From Tricharina praecox (Eukaryota), in the NCBI RefSeq assembly GCF_024521635.1, contig NW_026250413.1, forward strand, positions 1 to 64,000: a stretch of DNA of 64,000 nucleotides. Reading direction: 5' to 3'. Below, piece by piece: positions 23,470-35,639 of the stretch; positions within the stretch are counted from its first letter, which is position 1; each line of letters begins with the position of its first letter. Below the pieces are notes generated by a model. It saw only the letters and a program-made list of their open reading frames with translations, was not told the origin of the DNA and ran no database searches. Position numbers and translations under genes: made by a program.

Positions 23470-24769
23470 GTGCTGGATACATGAATTCGATACCTATAAA
23501 GTGGTGGGTCTAACCCACGCGACGGACAAGCTCCGCCACGAAACTTTCTACGCTCGAATGAATGATAAGAACAGCGCAGTAACCACGGCTAGGCCAACGG
23601 GCTATTCGGCGTCACACAGCTGGTAAGTATCGTTGTCCTTTGCCGTCCTTGGATGTTTGGACGGCCTATGGTCTTCCTACAGCCGGTACGCTTTGCGCTC
23701 CCATTCCATCCTACAGTATCAGGCCTGGCGCGCCGCGGATACCATCTATTGAGCACGCCGGTCAGCCATATGAGCTCCTAAAAGCCATATATTATCAACT
23801 GCGAGTGATACCGTCACTCGACGTCGGGTTGCTACCCCCAGTTTTCCACGCTCGACACCAGTTACAAGGTAGGTATTCCTGGGTTACCAACTTGCTGATC
23901 CGTCACGGATGCCCGGCGCCAATCTAAGCCCGCCCACACACCGGGGCTTGAAAGGGGATCTGCTCGCCCACGTCTTCCTTTCACATGTGATGTATCATAT
24001 GTACGAGCTATTCCGTATGCGCAGGTTTAGGGTTTTCAGTGACCGTTGTTGTAATATCTCACTCGTTGCTTAACAGCCGTTTACGCAGTCATGACGTCGG
24101 GAGCACTGGTCGCCTACCAACCTTCTTTTATGTATTCTCTCGAGGCTTCAGACTCTCACACTACAACAACAATATACTTGCTCACACATTCTAGCAACCG
24201 TCTGCTGTCATGTGCTCACGCGATGACCCATGAGTACTGGTAGATACATTGTAGGTGGGTACTGTGGGACACAGCTGAGACCGACGACTTGGCGGTCGGT
24301 TTCCATACCTGCGCTGTGGACCTGGGAGGGACCTACTGCAATAAGATGTCGTAAGTCGGTTGGGACCCGCTGCATTGCGTGTGCAACCATGTACAGAGGT
24401 CTTTTGATTTGAGCAGAGAGTAGGAATGGCTGATGCACGAGCGGCGAAATTTCGCCGACCTGGCTAGACCCGATGCAGTGGGTCCAAACGTTGAGAATGC
24501 TCTTGTATATATTGCCGGTGGGTTGCTTGTTTTCTCATTATTTCTTTTCATCGTTCTCATTAGTTTGCTTTTCGTTGTGGTTCGTCCTCAGGATCTCGCG
24601 ATTCAACTCGCGACCTTCTTGGATCTCCTGAAGAACATAGGAGGCTCCTTTTCTCTACTTGTCGTCTTCTCTCTAGTGAAATACAATCGGTCCCCCATCT
24701 CTTACCGAAGTTGCCAAAGGGTCATCACGGCCCCAGTGGTGAAGACTTGCTTCCGCTGTTTTCCAGAAT

Positions 24770-25450
24770 GCAATCTGTCGAGAGAAACTCACTAATACGT
24801 ACATCTTCGGTGCTAAGTCTTCAAGGTCAGCACCAATCTCAATTGCTCGAAAAGAAGTAGGTTGTCCTCCATCAGCATTGAAACTCCCTACCGTATGTAC
24901 CTCTCAAGATGCTACAAAGTCTGCGAGCATACACGCAAAACACTGTGAAAACCGATTCCTGAAGAGGAACTTACTTTCGCTGTTTTCGCTTCTCACCGTG
25001 TCGAGAGAAACTCGTTAACATATGCATCTTCACTTCAGCTTTGACGTCATCTCCAACATCGCTTCCTCGAACGTAAATTGTGCGTGTCCTTCCCCTATTC
25101 CTCCCCCCGACTTCGTAGGATGGCGATACACACACCCCTGTGGCGAAGTGATGGAGGAGCTCTCGGTGAAAGGAAGAAGTGAAGGAGTACTCCTGTCGGG
25201 GGGAGAAAACGAATGTGGTTAGTAGCGGCGGGCATCAACGTTGGCAGGCATGGCGGGGTCTTCTTCTTCTTCTCCTTTGTCTTCTTCTTTCTCCACCATC
25301 ATCTACAGAATATATATACGATCAACCTCTATCTTCTCTTTCTTCTGTCTTCCGTATGTGCCCTCCTCTCGATCCCGCCTCCAGCCTGGAGGGGTGTTGG
25401 CAAAAGAGCCGTCTGCAAAACCGCCGCGATCCTCCAACCCGCCGAGATCA
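24770..25450. repeat. Dispersed repeat family 2 (degenerate, possibly coding-derived), copy 1
   Basis: Colinear with 39340-40020, e.g. TCTTCAAGGTCAGCACCAATCTC...TTGCTCGAAAAGAAGTA and TCCTGAAGAGGAACTTACTT. Also shares CATCATCTACAGAATAGACGATCAACC-like and TTGGCAAAGAGCC motifs with 22730-22850 and 57200-58000. Confidence 0.75.
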
Positions 25451-28400
25451 AAAAGTGCCCCCCACCCTCGAGCAGGCGAAAAACGGTGTTACGCTCCTGG
25501 CACTCACGGCACACACGTCGCCGCCGTATCTCCGACGAAGCAGCCTCACCCAGCGCGCGAAGCTCAATTCTCGATGCAGCCCCCGGTTTCACTTGCTACT
25601 TACCACTGTGCTAGGAACACCCATGAGCGTTGCCACAGCGGGACCAAGACTGGGGGGCGGACAGGACGGTGCATAAGTAGACGAACCGTCTGCCGCAGGC
25701 CCGCGGAATTCTTTCCCACAGTACTGGGATCTCGCTGATCGGATACTCGGATGCTCGGAGACCAGGGTGCAAGCGGGCGTGCGATCGCCCTTGGGGTAGG
25801 TATCGCAAGATTCTGCGGAGCTGCGGCGCTGACGCCTCAGCGGCCATACTGCCCTGCCCAGCGTGAACCCGGAGTCACCGCTCGGGATCGCGAATGCTTC
25901 GGAGTCCGGCCGGACACGGACACGTGCCGGCTACCCCATCTATTCGCAACGTGACGTCTGACACTGCCGCGCTGGACTTGAAGCTTTGCCCGAGAACCGA
26001 CGGACTCGTTGGTCTGCCCACTGCCAGGTCGCAGCGGACATAAGGATATAGAGTACAGCTGTGGGCCCCAACCGGAGCGGGAGCTGGGGCTGGAGCTGGA
26101 GCTGGAGCTGGAGCTGGGAGGACCAAGGCAGGATGGCGGTCAGGATGGCGGTCCATGATTAAGTTACTCGGCGGCGGGAGGTGGGGGCGGTCCTTATCGT
26201 TGTTTTCGGCTCCGTGGCGGGCAATCGCGATGATCATCATCAGTGATCCCCAGTGATTCCTCCACCCTAGCCACTCATGGGACATCGGAACAAGTGACAT
26301 TCACTGTTCGCGATTGCCAGATGACCGCTCCCCTTCAACGGACAAGTCAGAGCGTTTCGACTGACCGATCGACCGGCAGACCGGCAGACCGACCACCCGA
26401 GCGACCACCCGAGGGCCGAATTTCGAAATGCCGACGTTGGAAAGAAAAAGAAAACAAGGAGAAAAAAAAGAAGAAAAAAAAAGCAAAATCCGACCTGAAA
26501 CGTTCCTCGCCGCCGTCACCACCGTACGATCATCACCACCGGTATGATCCTCTCCGGGCACCGCGAAGGAATGAAGGAAAGCTCGCGTATACTTTCTTCC
26601 TTCTTCCTTCCTTCCTTCCTTCGCGTTTCAAACTGATGACAGCCAACCAGCTACATACATACACACCTACATGCCTACATAGGAATGTACATACCCGTCC
26701 ACCAGCCGAAAACTGCCGCGGAACATCGAGGTCCAAGATATGTATGTACGGCCCGAGTATTGTGTTGTGTACCGTCCGCCCCCAGCACCCCCAGCACACC
26801 CCCAGTCCTGTGATCTCCAGTGCAGACATGCTACAGCTCTGAAACGAGCTAGAAGGTCGAAGGTCGAATTCGAAGTTCGTTTTCGGAAGTACATTTCTAG
26901 AAGGATATTTTGAGCTTCTCCGTTAGGGGTGATCGATAACGGTTGCGTCTTTCGATTTAGACTGCGGACTGCGGACGCCGGACAGACAGAGGTGTGGCGA
27001 GTCACGATGGATGAATCTTTCTTATGGTTTCTGGCTTCTGCTTCTGCTTCTGCTTCCCCTTCTGCGTCCCCTTCCTCTTCTGCATGGTAGCAAAGTACCT
27101 ACCGTATACCCAAGCAACTACCCAAGTACCCAAGTACCGGTATATACACACGAAGAAGGAAAAGAAAAGAAAAGAAAAGAAAAGCACAACCAGCCGCAGC
27201 GAATACCCAATGCGAATGTCATCACGACTCGCGGGTAATTGCAGCAACAGCAGCCGGCAGCGGGTTCCAGGATCATGGTTCATGTGCAGGTCTCTCCGGC
27301 CCGGCTTCGCGTCTGGCTGGTTGGCTGGTTGGTTGGTACGAGCGCTACTTATCTACAGTAAAGGTTCTAGAAGCTGGCCTCTCCATTCGTGACGAATTTG
27401 ACGATGGGATGGGTGTGGACAAGCCAGGTGGGTATATGTACCTGCTTGGGTACATAAACACGCAAGCAAGTATATAGGCAGGTAAGTACTGGTACCGGTG
27501 GTGAGTATGCAGAGTGTTCTTCACGAAACTCCACCCCCCTTCATCCCCCCGAACGACTCCGGTATCGACCTCGACGCCCGGACGTCCCCATAATCTTCAT
27601 CACCACCACCATGCTGTCACTCCAGTCTCCAATCGCCAGCCATGCCTGTCGTCTAAACGATCCCCCCACCAGCACCACCCACCACCACCAACTCGCGCTA
27701 TAGAGCGGTACCGTAGTTACCGGCCTACCTAGAACACTCTAGCGCGATCTCCACGATTAGCCTCCTCTGGGGGGCGCGCTGCCTCGGCTCTGTGGAGATC
27801 CCTGAGTGCCCTGGGTGCACTGGGTGGGGAAGAAGGCAGTGGCAGGCACCAATCGGACAATGGACTTTGGACTTTGGAGAGTTGGGAATACTGGTGGATA
27901 CTGGGCGCTGAACGCTGGACAGGACTCTGGATATGCACGGGAGAGATGCACGGGAGAGATGCACGAGAGAGAAGGCGATGCACACAGACTCACACACAGA
28001 GATTCACGGACTCAACAGTGCTTAGGGAAGGGGAAGGAGGAGGGAGATGGCATGTAGATACTGGTATGTACTGGTATACCGCACTCCAGAAAGGTATGGA
28101 GTAAGTAAAGATACTAGCAACATACTCGGGCAGATAATAGTGCACACACACACACGCCATAATCATTCCTCCGCATCATCTCGACTTCCAACTCCTGCTT
28201 CCTCTTCCCCCTCGCTGCAGCCCAAAGTTTGGTTGTCCAGTCTAAAACTCGCCTCCGATCGGATCCCCCCTTGCGCCCTCCAGGGCCTCCAGAGTCCACC
28301 TTAGTTAGCCCCGTCCCCACATCCTCCCGCCCACCCCAGACGAAAGCGCCCCCCAAAAAGACCGACTCAGCTTCTACTAGTAAATAGGGACCTGACCTGG

Positions 28401-28726
28401 TGTCTTTCGCTCCTACATACACACTCTACATACCATACCATACCGTCGCCCACACAGTGCACACACAGATAGATATACCTACCGTAGTTACGCACGCCCG
28501 CCCGCGCCCGCGCCGTATCCGAAAGGTCCGATCCACATCCACATCCACATCCTTCGCTCGCATCACATCGAACCGCGACCGCGACCGTAGCCAAACTCGC
28601 ACTACACGAACCACCACCACCACCGCCGCTGCCGCCGCCGATACTCCCAACGGAGATCGCTCGTCACCCCTTATCTCCGGCACATCGCCCTTCCACCCCC
28701 GGATTGTCGGTCGGAGTCAACCCGCG

Positions 28727-31700
28727 ATGCAGCACCTCGACGGCGGAGGAGGCGCAGGAGTGGGAGTAGGAGCAGGTGGAGGAATCGGAGGAGGAGCGGG
28801 AGGAATGGACGTGCGCGGGATGACATCGGACACCTCATCGACAACGACGACGACGGCGACGACGGCGACATCATATCTCCCCGCGACCGCCGGCAACATC
28901 GCGCGCAACAACGCCGTCACGTCGCCGCCGTTCCTGCACGTCATCACGACCGTTTCCGAGAGCGGCAGCCACGACTACGACGATGGAGACCACATGATGC
29001 ACTCGCACGGCGGCGGAGGAGGCGGGGCAGGGGGAGGCGCGGGATCTAACAGTCCCACTGATGCGGTGCCGACGTTTCCGGGAGCGGCCGCGTCGAACGG
29101 CTCCGGCTCCGCGACAAGTGGAACCCCGAAACCGAAGAGGAAACGGAGCATGATCGCTTGCAAGAACTGTAATGAGCGCAGAGTCCGCTGCGATGGTGCG
29201 ACCAATGGGTGCGTAGCGTGCTGTGATTTTTCTTCTTCAATTTTTCTTTTTTCGTTGCCGCCGGTCGATCGCTTTCGTCCAATGATTCGGATCGGAGGCC
29301 GATGGCGATGGTGGTGGTAGTGGTTGTGGTGGCGGTGGTTGGTGGTTGGTGGTTGGGGCGGGAGGGACCCCGGGGGAGAAGCGAGAGCGAGAGCTAATCG
29401 GCAGAAACGTGGGTTAGTCTTCCGTGTTCCAATTGCAAGCACGCAGGGAAATCCGATTGCCAGTTTATCGAGTCGAAGAGAGTGAGGTTCGTCGCGTGCA
29501 CCCGTTGCTTCCCTTCCCATTCCCTGTTCGACGCTTACGATCCAACAGAGGCGCGAGAGGCCGCTTCGAGAGCCGCGATGGAGATTCTACTTCTCCCACC
29601 ATCGGCTCGAAACGACTGATGACTCCGTCCGGCGGAGGTGGTGCGCCCCGGAGGAACACTACCCGACGCCATTCCATCAGCGGCACCGACGGCGAGGAAT
29701 GGCGCAAGCTCCTCCAGAACTCTGCGTCCGTCCACCGTTCCACGACGGGACCGGTTACGTATCTCGGCGAATCGTGGCATCTCTCGTGGGTCGTGCAGGA
29801 GCAACTACCGATAGACGAGAAGCCGCTGCACATGCCCACGCTGATGATGGAGGACGACGGCGACGTGCACAACCGCGTCAACAAGGAGCTGTGGGAGAAG
29901 GGCGCTTACGTGCTCCCCCGCTACGAAGTGCGGGACCTGCTCATCAACCAGTACTTTGAAGTCTGCCATCCAAACTATCCGATCCTGTGCAAGAACACGT
30001 TCCTGCAGTCGCTGCAGATGAACACCTTTTCGCACCAGCTGGTGCAGGCCGTGCTCATGGTCGCCGCCACCCACTGCGACTGGGCCATCCTCCAGCGCGC
30101 GGGGTATGTGTCGAGGCGGGAGGCGATCGAGGGCTTCTATCGACGCACTAGACTGCTGTGGGATGGAGATGTTGAGCCGGACAAGATCACGAATATCCAG
30201 ACCATGTTCCTGATGCAATTTTGGTGGCGCGCGGTGACGGACCACAAGGACCCGCTGTGGTGGTTGTCGGGAGCCATCAGGATGGCGCAGTCGATGGGAC
30301 TTCACAGGTCTGCGGAACGGAGTCGGTTGAATAACCGTGATAAGAGGATATGGAGGAGACTATGGTGGTTGCTATTCGTATGTCCCTGTAGATTCTCTCG
30401 GCCGAAAGGCGGTGTGCTTATCGTTCCGTATCTGCGTGATAGCTTCGGGACCGGCAGGCATCCTCGCATTTCGGGAAACCGATGATGATCGACGAGAAGG
30501 ACTGCGATGTCGAGCCTCTGGAGCTCGAGGATCTGGAGGGCGAGGTGGACAGAGTGCAAGCTCTGTGTCTGCTTGAGCAAGTCAAACTCGCCAAACTCGG
30601 TTCGCTCCCCCCCCCTTCCCGGTATTGACGCCCGGCAACTGACGGTTGCCCGCGCAGTAAGCGGCATCACATCCTGCGAGTTCTCGCCTGGCGCGGCCCG
30701 CGACCTGGTGGGACGCATGCAGCTACGCGAGAGCTGTCACCACCGCCTGAGCGAGTGGCAGCAGGGGCTCCCGCCGGAGCTCGTGTACCAGTCCAACAGC
30801 AAGAACCTGTGGGCCATGTGCTTGCAGATCACGTTCCTGTCGCAGCTGCTGCTGCTCAATCGGCCAGTCATCTACACCGACATCACGCTGCCGGATAAGA
30901 TCCGGAAGCCGTCCGAGACGATCGCCGGAAACGCGGCGGACGCCATTACGAAGATATCGGACGACCTGGTCAAGATGTGGGGGGCGCGGTACATGTCGCA
31001 GCACAGGTAGATACACACATCCCTTGGTCCCTGTTCCGAGCGGCAGCTAACGCACAGCGCAGCATGTCCTGCCTCTTCGCCGCGATGACCGTGCAGATGA
31101 TCAAGCGGCGGTCGCCCGACCCCAAGATCTCTCTCGACGCCGACCGCAAGCTGCGGCAGAACATGAAGAACCTGGTACAACTCGACAAGATCCTGCCGAT
31201 GGCGGGCTGGATCCACCGCCGCTACTCGCGCATCCTCGAGCGCGAGGGCGAAGACGACGAGGCCCGCAACGTGTCTATCTCCCCGCCGAACCTGACCGGC
31301 GACGTCCTCGCCGCTGTGCCCATGCCTAACATTCTCGCGTCACAGAGAACACCCCCGATCCCACTGCCACTGCCCCTGCAGCAGATGGGAACTATAAAGG
31401 AGGAGGATCCGCTGAATGCTGCCGCTGCCGCGGCGAGGAATGGCGCCGGCGCGGACGATGAGTGGGGCGAGGACTGTGGGCCGATACTGAACCTGGAGCA
31501 CTCCCTGACCGCGTCCAACGCCCAGCTGGAACATCACCTCGGCAACGGCAACGGCAATGGCAACAGGCAGAGTGAGTTCCAGCAGCACCTCCAGCAGCAG
31601 CAGCAACACACACAACAGCAGCAACACGAGCAGCAACAGCATCACCAACAACAACAACAGATACAGCAACACGAGCAGCAGCAGGTACAACAACAGCAAC

Positions 31701-31840
31701 ACGCACAACAGCAGCAGCAACAGATGATGCCCGAAGCTGCCGCGATGCAGCCGGAGATATTCGATTACCACTGGTTCATGGAGAATATCGGAGACATTGC
31801 GAATCCTTTCTGGTGGAATCAGCAGCAGGAGCAGCGGTAA
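28727..31840 (+). CDS. Zn(II)2Cys6 transcription factor with fungal-specific TF domain (CTF1/Far-like architecture), poly-Q C-terminus; 6 exons
   Basis: Spliced zinc cluster ACKNCNERRVRCDGATNG|LPCSNCKHAGKSDC. Middle homology region YFEVCHPNYPIL, AIRMAQSMGLHR, WRRLWWLLF|LRDRQASSHFGKP. GT-AG introns at 29209-29417, 29487-29548, 30378-30442, 30600-30657, 31007-31062. Confidence 0.93.
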
Positions 31841-33385
31841 TGCAGGGGGTTGTGGGGGTTGTGTGTATTTTGTACTGTACTACTGTATGTTTATCTGTAT
31901 GTTTATGATGGGCGGAGGGATGGAGCGGGTGTTGTGTTTTGATGTTTAGCTATGTTTATGCATTTGTGTTTATTTACGTGATGTTTATCTGTGTTTCCTG
32001 GCGTATACGTGTCTGTCCATCTACCTACTCTACCTACTATAGCTGCTGTACCTATTGCGATACCTACCTGTACCGTTCAACCGTTTCTTCATGTCGACAT
32101 ATATGATAGGTACGATATGTAGATGTTCGCCAATGATGCTGGTGACGCCCACAAGATAGCTACAGGATAGCTACAAGATGGTCACCGTATTGGCCGCGCT
32201 CCCGGCGCCGCCGTCGACGTTCACGGCATATTATTGCCACAAACCTCTGTTCGCCCAGAATCAACCTCCGCCGCCCTCGTCGCCACCCCCGCCCCGAGCA
32301 TTCCGGCAGCCCCACACCCACGCGGCACCCACGCCGCCCTCAGGCTGCCCAGAGATGCACGGGTGATGGAATGAGGGGAAACTGGGATCGGATCGAGCCG
32401 GAGCGGAACTGCGAGAACAGCTGGGAGCTGGAAGAGCCGTGTCTCCGGTTGCACAAGTGTGTGTGTGTGTGTTACTCGCGTCCCGGCCGTCCATTAGTCC
32501 ATCGTACTCATCCATTCGTGCGTCGTGCGCCTTGATTGCCGCTGTCTCGAGAGTCGATCGAGAGTCGAGACTGGGGCGACGGGGGGGTTACGAATCGAAA
32601 GTGGAAACCCCGCCGCTCTGCATAAAGAAGGACACACGACCGTATCACGTCCCCCACTATGTGCATTGTATGTGGCCTGCTCAGTGCTAAAGCCGAGGTT
32701 TTGTTGCTGCACGTCTAGTCTCCAGACTCCAGACTGCCTATATCCAGAACGGAGGAGATTGTAGTGTCAACACCGAACACTGAACAGTGCACTCAGCACT
32801 CAGCTATGCACGTCAGACGGACCAGCAGATCTGTGTGTGCGCACTGGGTGGGCACTGAGTACCTAGGTGGGTGGGTTCACGGCGTACACAGTACCGTATG
32901 TCGCGGGTGAACGACACGGCATAGCAGGACTTCATAGATAATAGGGCGGGAGTGGCGTATAAATCACATGCGACCAAGTTGCAAGTTCCGAGTTCCGTGC
33001 CGACATCTCCGAGTGGCCGAGTGGCCGACTGTTGCCAGTTGCCAAGATTCTCGGAGTTCGGAGGGTTTGAACACACAAATCAGAGAATATACAGAGTACG
33101 AGCTGGGAAAGGATGACAGCGATAGCTGCTGTCACAGGTAGCTTGGAGATGACCATAACGAGCCCCATCTACTCAGAACATCACATCTTTGAAACTGAAT
33201 ATCATGATGCATATATTGTCCAAACAAACTCCAAAACCGTCCCTTCGTGTCGTCGGTAATACCAATACCAACACCCATTCCAACACCCATATTCGTACTC
33301 ATATTCATAAAGCCATAAAAAAACGCTGTAGCGTAGAAAGAATAAGGGAAAGATTGCCGTAACGTAAAAACTCGCTTCTCGTCCC

Positions 33386-33465
33386 TCGTCGTGGGGGTAT
33401 CGTCGTAGGTATCGTCGTGGGTATCGTCGTGGGTATCGTCGTGGGTATCGTCGTGGGTATCGTCG
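33386..33465. repeat. 12-bp tandem repeat (GTATCGTCGTGG)n immediately 3' of the DUF202 stop codon
   Basis: About 6 units directly visible. Confidence 0.9.
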
Positions 33466-33467
33466 CA

Positions 33468-34019
33468 TTACTTCAGCCGCACAACTAACACCAGCAGCAC
33501 CGAGTACGCCGCAACACTGATGCATGTGACGAGTGTGACGACCTATCTGGGCGGTTAGCACAGGCCACAACGCCCCCTCTCTCCCCACTCCCCACGGCCA
33601 CTCTCCCCCCCATCGTAAAGCACAAGCAACACAGGCAGCACTTACATTCCCACTACTCCTCACCCTCCTCCCCTCACCCTGACTAAAGAACCTCTGATTC
33701 CCGCCCTTCCTCCTCAGCGCCGCGGCGGCCAGAATACAACACCCGAAAGTCGCAAACAGCGCGCCTATCGGATAGAACTCGTGCGTGAAGATCTTGAGCA
33801 CGACAAGCGCAAAGCTGAACTGGCTCAGCGCTGTGCGTAAGTATGCGCCCTCAAATGTGCGCTGCTGCGCCCGCAGCTCGACGAGCTCGCTTTGTGTGAG
33901 ATCGACGGATCGTGCCCGGTGGCCCCGGTAGCGGTAGCGGAGGGATGCGTTGGACTACATATCATGAAGGGTCAGTGGTGAGGGGGAGGAGGGGGAGGGG
34001 CGGGACGGACCTCGAACAT
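33468..34019 (-). CDS. DUF202-family small membrane protein; 3 exons (34019-34011, 33954-33646, 33542-33468)
   Basis: Spliced translation MFE|SNASLRYRYRGHRARS...ELRAQQRTFEGAYLRTALSQFSFALVVLKIF...RSSGN|VVTLVTCISVAAYSVLLVLVVRLK*. RTF-x-x-x-YLRT motif plus 3 TM helices. Confidence 0.8.
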
Positions 34020-34475
34020 GTTTTTGTTGTTGGTCGTTAGTGGCGGGTGGGCGGCGGGTGGTCGACCGTGGAGCTCGGGGTTGGAGCTCGGAATGGTGGA
34101 GCTCGGTGGTGATGAGACAGCTACATATGGTGAGGTGACTAGTACCGTGCGCGTGCGGCATGGCGTCACATGCCGTTGCTGTGGCGCGGCCGCAGCTGCA
34201 GCACCAGCCACACAGACAGCCACACAGCTACCAGCCACCGAGTGATATCACGTCACGTCTTGTAGTCGGCAGTCGGCGGGCCCTCGCTGTGAAGAGTGGA
34301 ACAGTGAAACAGTGAAAGTCTAATAGGTACAATTTTAAATCTAAATAATGTATGCATACAAAAATATACGATCCCTCCAATGCTATATCCACGATGCAAC
34401 TCCCATCCCTTCTCTTCCCCCCTCCCTTCCTCCTTCCAATTCTCCCTCCGTCTCCATCTACGAACGGCTAGCCTT

Positions 34476-35639
34476 CTAGTAGCAAGCAGCCCTCTGCGCC
34501 TCACAGCTCGAAAAGTCCACAGCGCCACCGCGCGCGCTCTGCGCATTGCGGATGCACTCGTTGACAGCGTCGAGGCACTGGTTGATGCTCTGCGAGGTCT
34601 TTGTCGCGCCTGCGGCGGGTGCGGTGGCCGGGGCGGTGGTCGACGTGCGGGTCTTGGTCATGAGCGTGCTAGGGGCCGCAGTAGTGTAAACGGGAGCCGC
34701 CTTGGAGGTCGTAGTGTACATGGGCTTGGTCACTGAGGTGGACGTGGGCTTGATGGTCGCGGCGGTGGTGGTGTACACCGGGACGGCGGCGGATTTGGTG
34801 GCGGTCTTGACGGGGACGGCGGTCGACTTGGTGCTCGTGGGCTTGACGGACACGGCGGTGGTGTACACGGGCACGGCGACGGAGGTCGAAGTGGAAGTGT
34901 AGATGGGTGTTGCTACCGCGGTGGTGGTAAGGACCTCGCTCGTGACCGGGACCTCGGTGGTGGCCGGGACCTCAGTGGTGGTGGGGTAAGCAGTCGTGGT
35001 GGGGACAGCAGTCGTGGTCGGCTCAACGACAACAGCGCTGCTGGACGGGGTGCTGCCGGATCCTCCAACCACAAAGTCGACACACCCCTCGTAGGTCTGG
35101 TCGACACCGGGGGGCGCGTACCAGAACCACTGGATGACACAGTCACCAGCGGTAGTGCAACCGTCGAGGTCGGCGGGCACAGTGATCTCAAAGCTAGTCT
35201 CGTCTGCGGTGACGCCGGTCGACGTGCTAGCGTACGACTCCCAGGTCTTCAGCGCAGTGCCGACGACGCTGTTGCTCTTCGTGTTGACGATGGAGACGTT
35301 TGCGTAGCCGGTGTGGGGCGCGCGGATGTCGACCTGCATCTGGATCGTCTCGCCGGGAGTGTATGTCTGCACGTTCGCCGTGTTGTCGTCGAACTGGTAG
35401 CCCTTGCATAACCACAGGTTGCAGGCGTCCAGGTCGGTGATCGAGCTGGCCGACTGCATCAGCAGCTGGATCGGCCCCGCCTGGTCAGCCTTCTGGTTGT
35501 TGTAGATGGTGTTGCCGCAGGCGGCTTCATATGCCGTTCCCGGCGTGCGCGGGGTCGGGCTGACGATCACACCGTGGGCCGAGACGGAGGAGAGGAGGCT
35601 GGCGAGGGCGAGGAGAATGGTGGGGGTGGTGAACTGCAT
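34476..35639 (-). CDS. AA16 LPMO/copper oxidoreductase with Thr-rich linker and C-terminal 4-Cys module
   Basis: Signal peptide then His1 (VSA|HGVIVSPTPR); AA16-type motifs ACG...YNNQ, CNLWLCKGYQF, DIRAPHTGYANVS, CVIQWFW, DQTYEGCVDF. Confidence 0.92.
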   Translation of the reverse strand: MQFTTPTILLALASLLSSVSAHGVIVSPTPRTPGTAYEAACGNTIYNNQKADQAGPIQLLMQSASSITDLDACNLWLCKGYQFDDNTANVQTYTPGETIQMQVDIRAPHTGYANVSIVNTKSNSVVGTALKTWESYASTSTGVTADETSFEITVPADLDGCTTAGDCVIQWFWYAPPGVDQTYEGCVDFVVGGSGSTPSSSAVVVEPTTTAVPTTTAYPTTTEVPATTEVPVTSEVLTTTAVATPIYTSTSTSVAVPVYTTAVSVKPTSTKSTAVPVKTATKSAAVPVYTTTAATIKPTSTSVTKPMYTTTSKAAPVYTTAAPSTLMTKTRTSTTAPATAPAAGATKTSQSINQCLDAVNECIRNAQSARGGAVDFSSCEAQRAACY

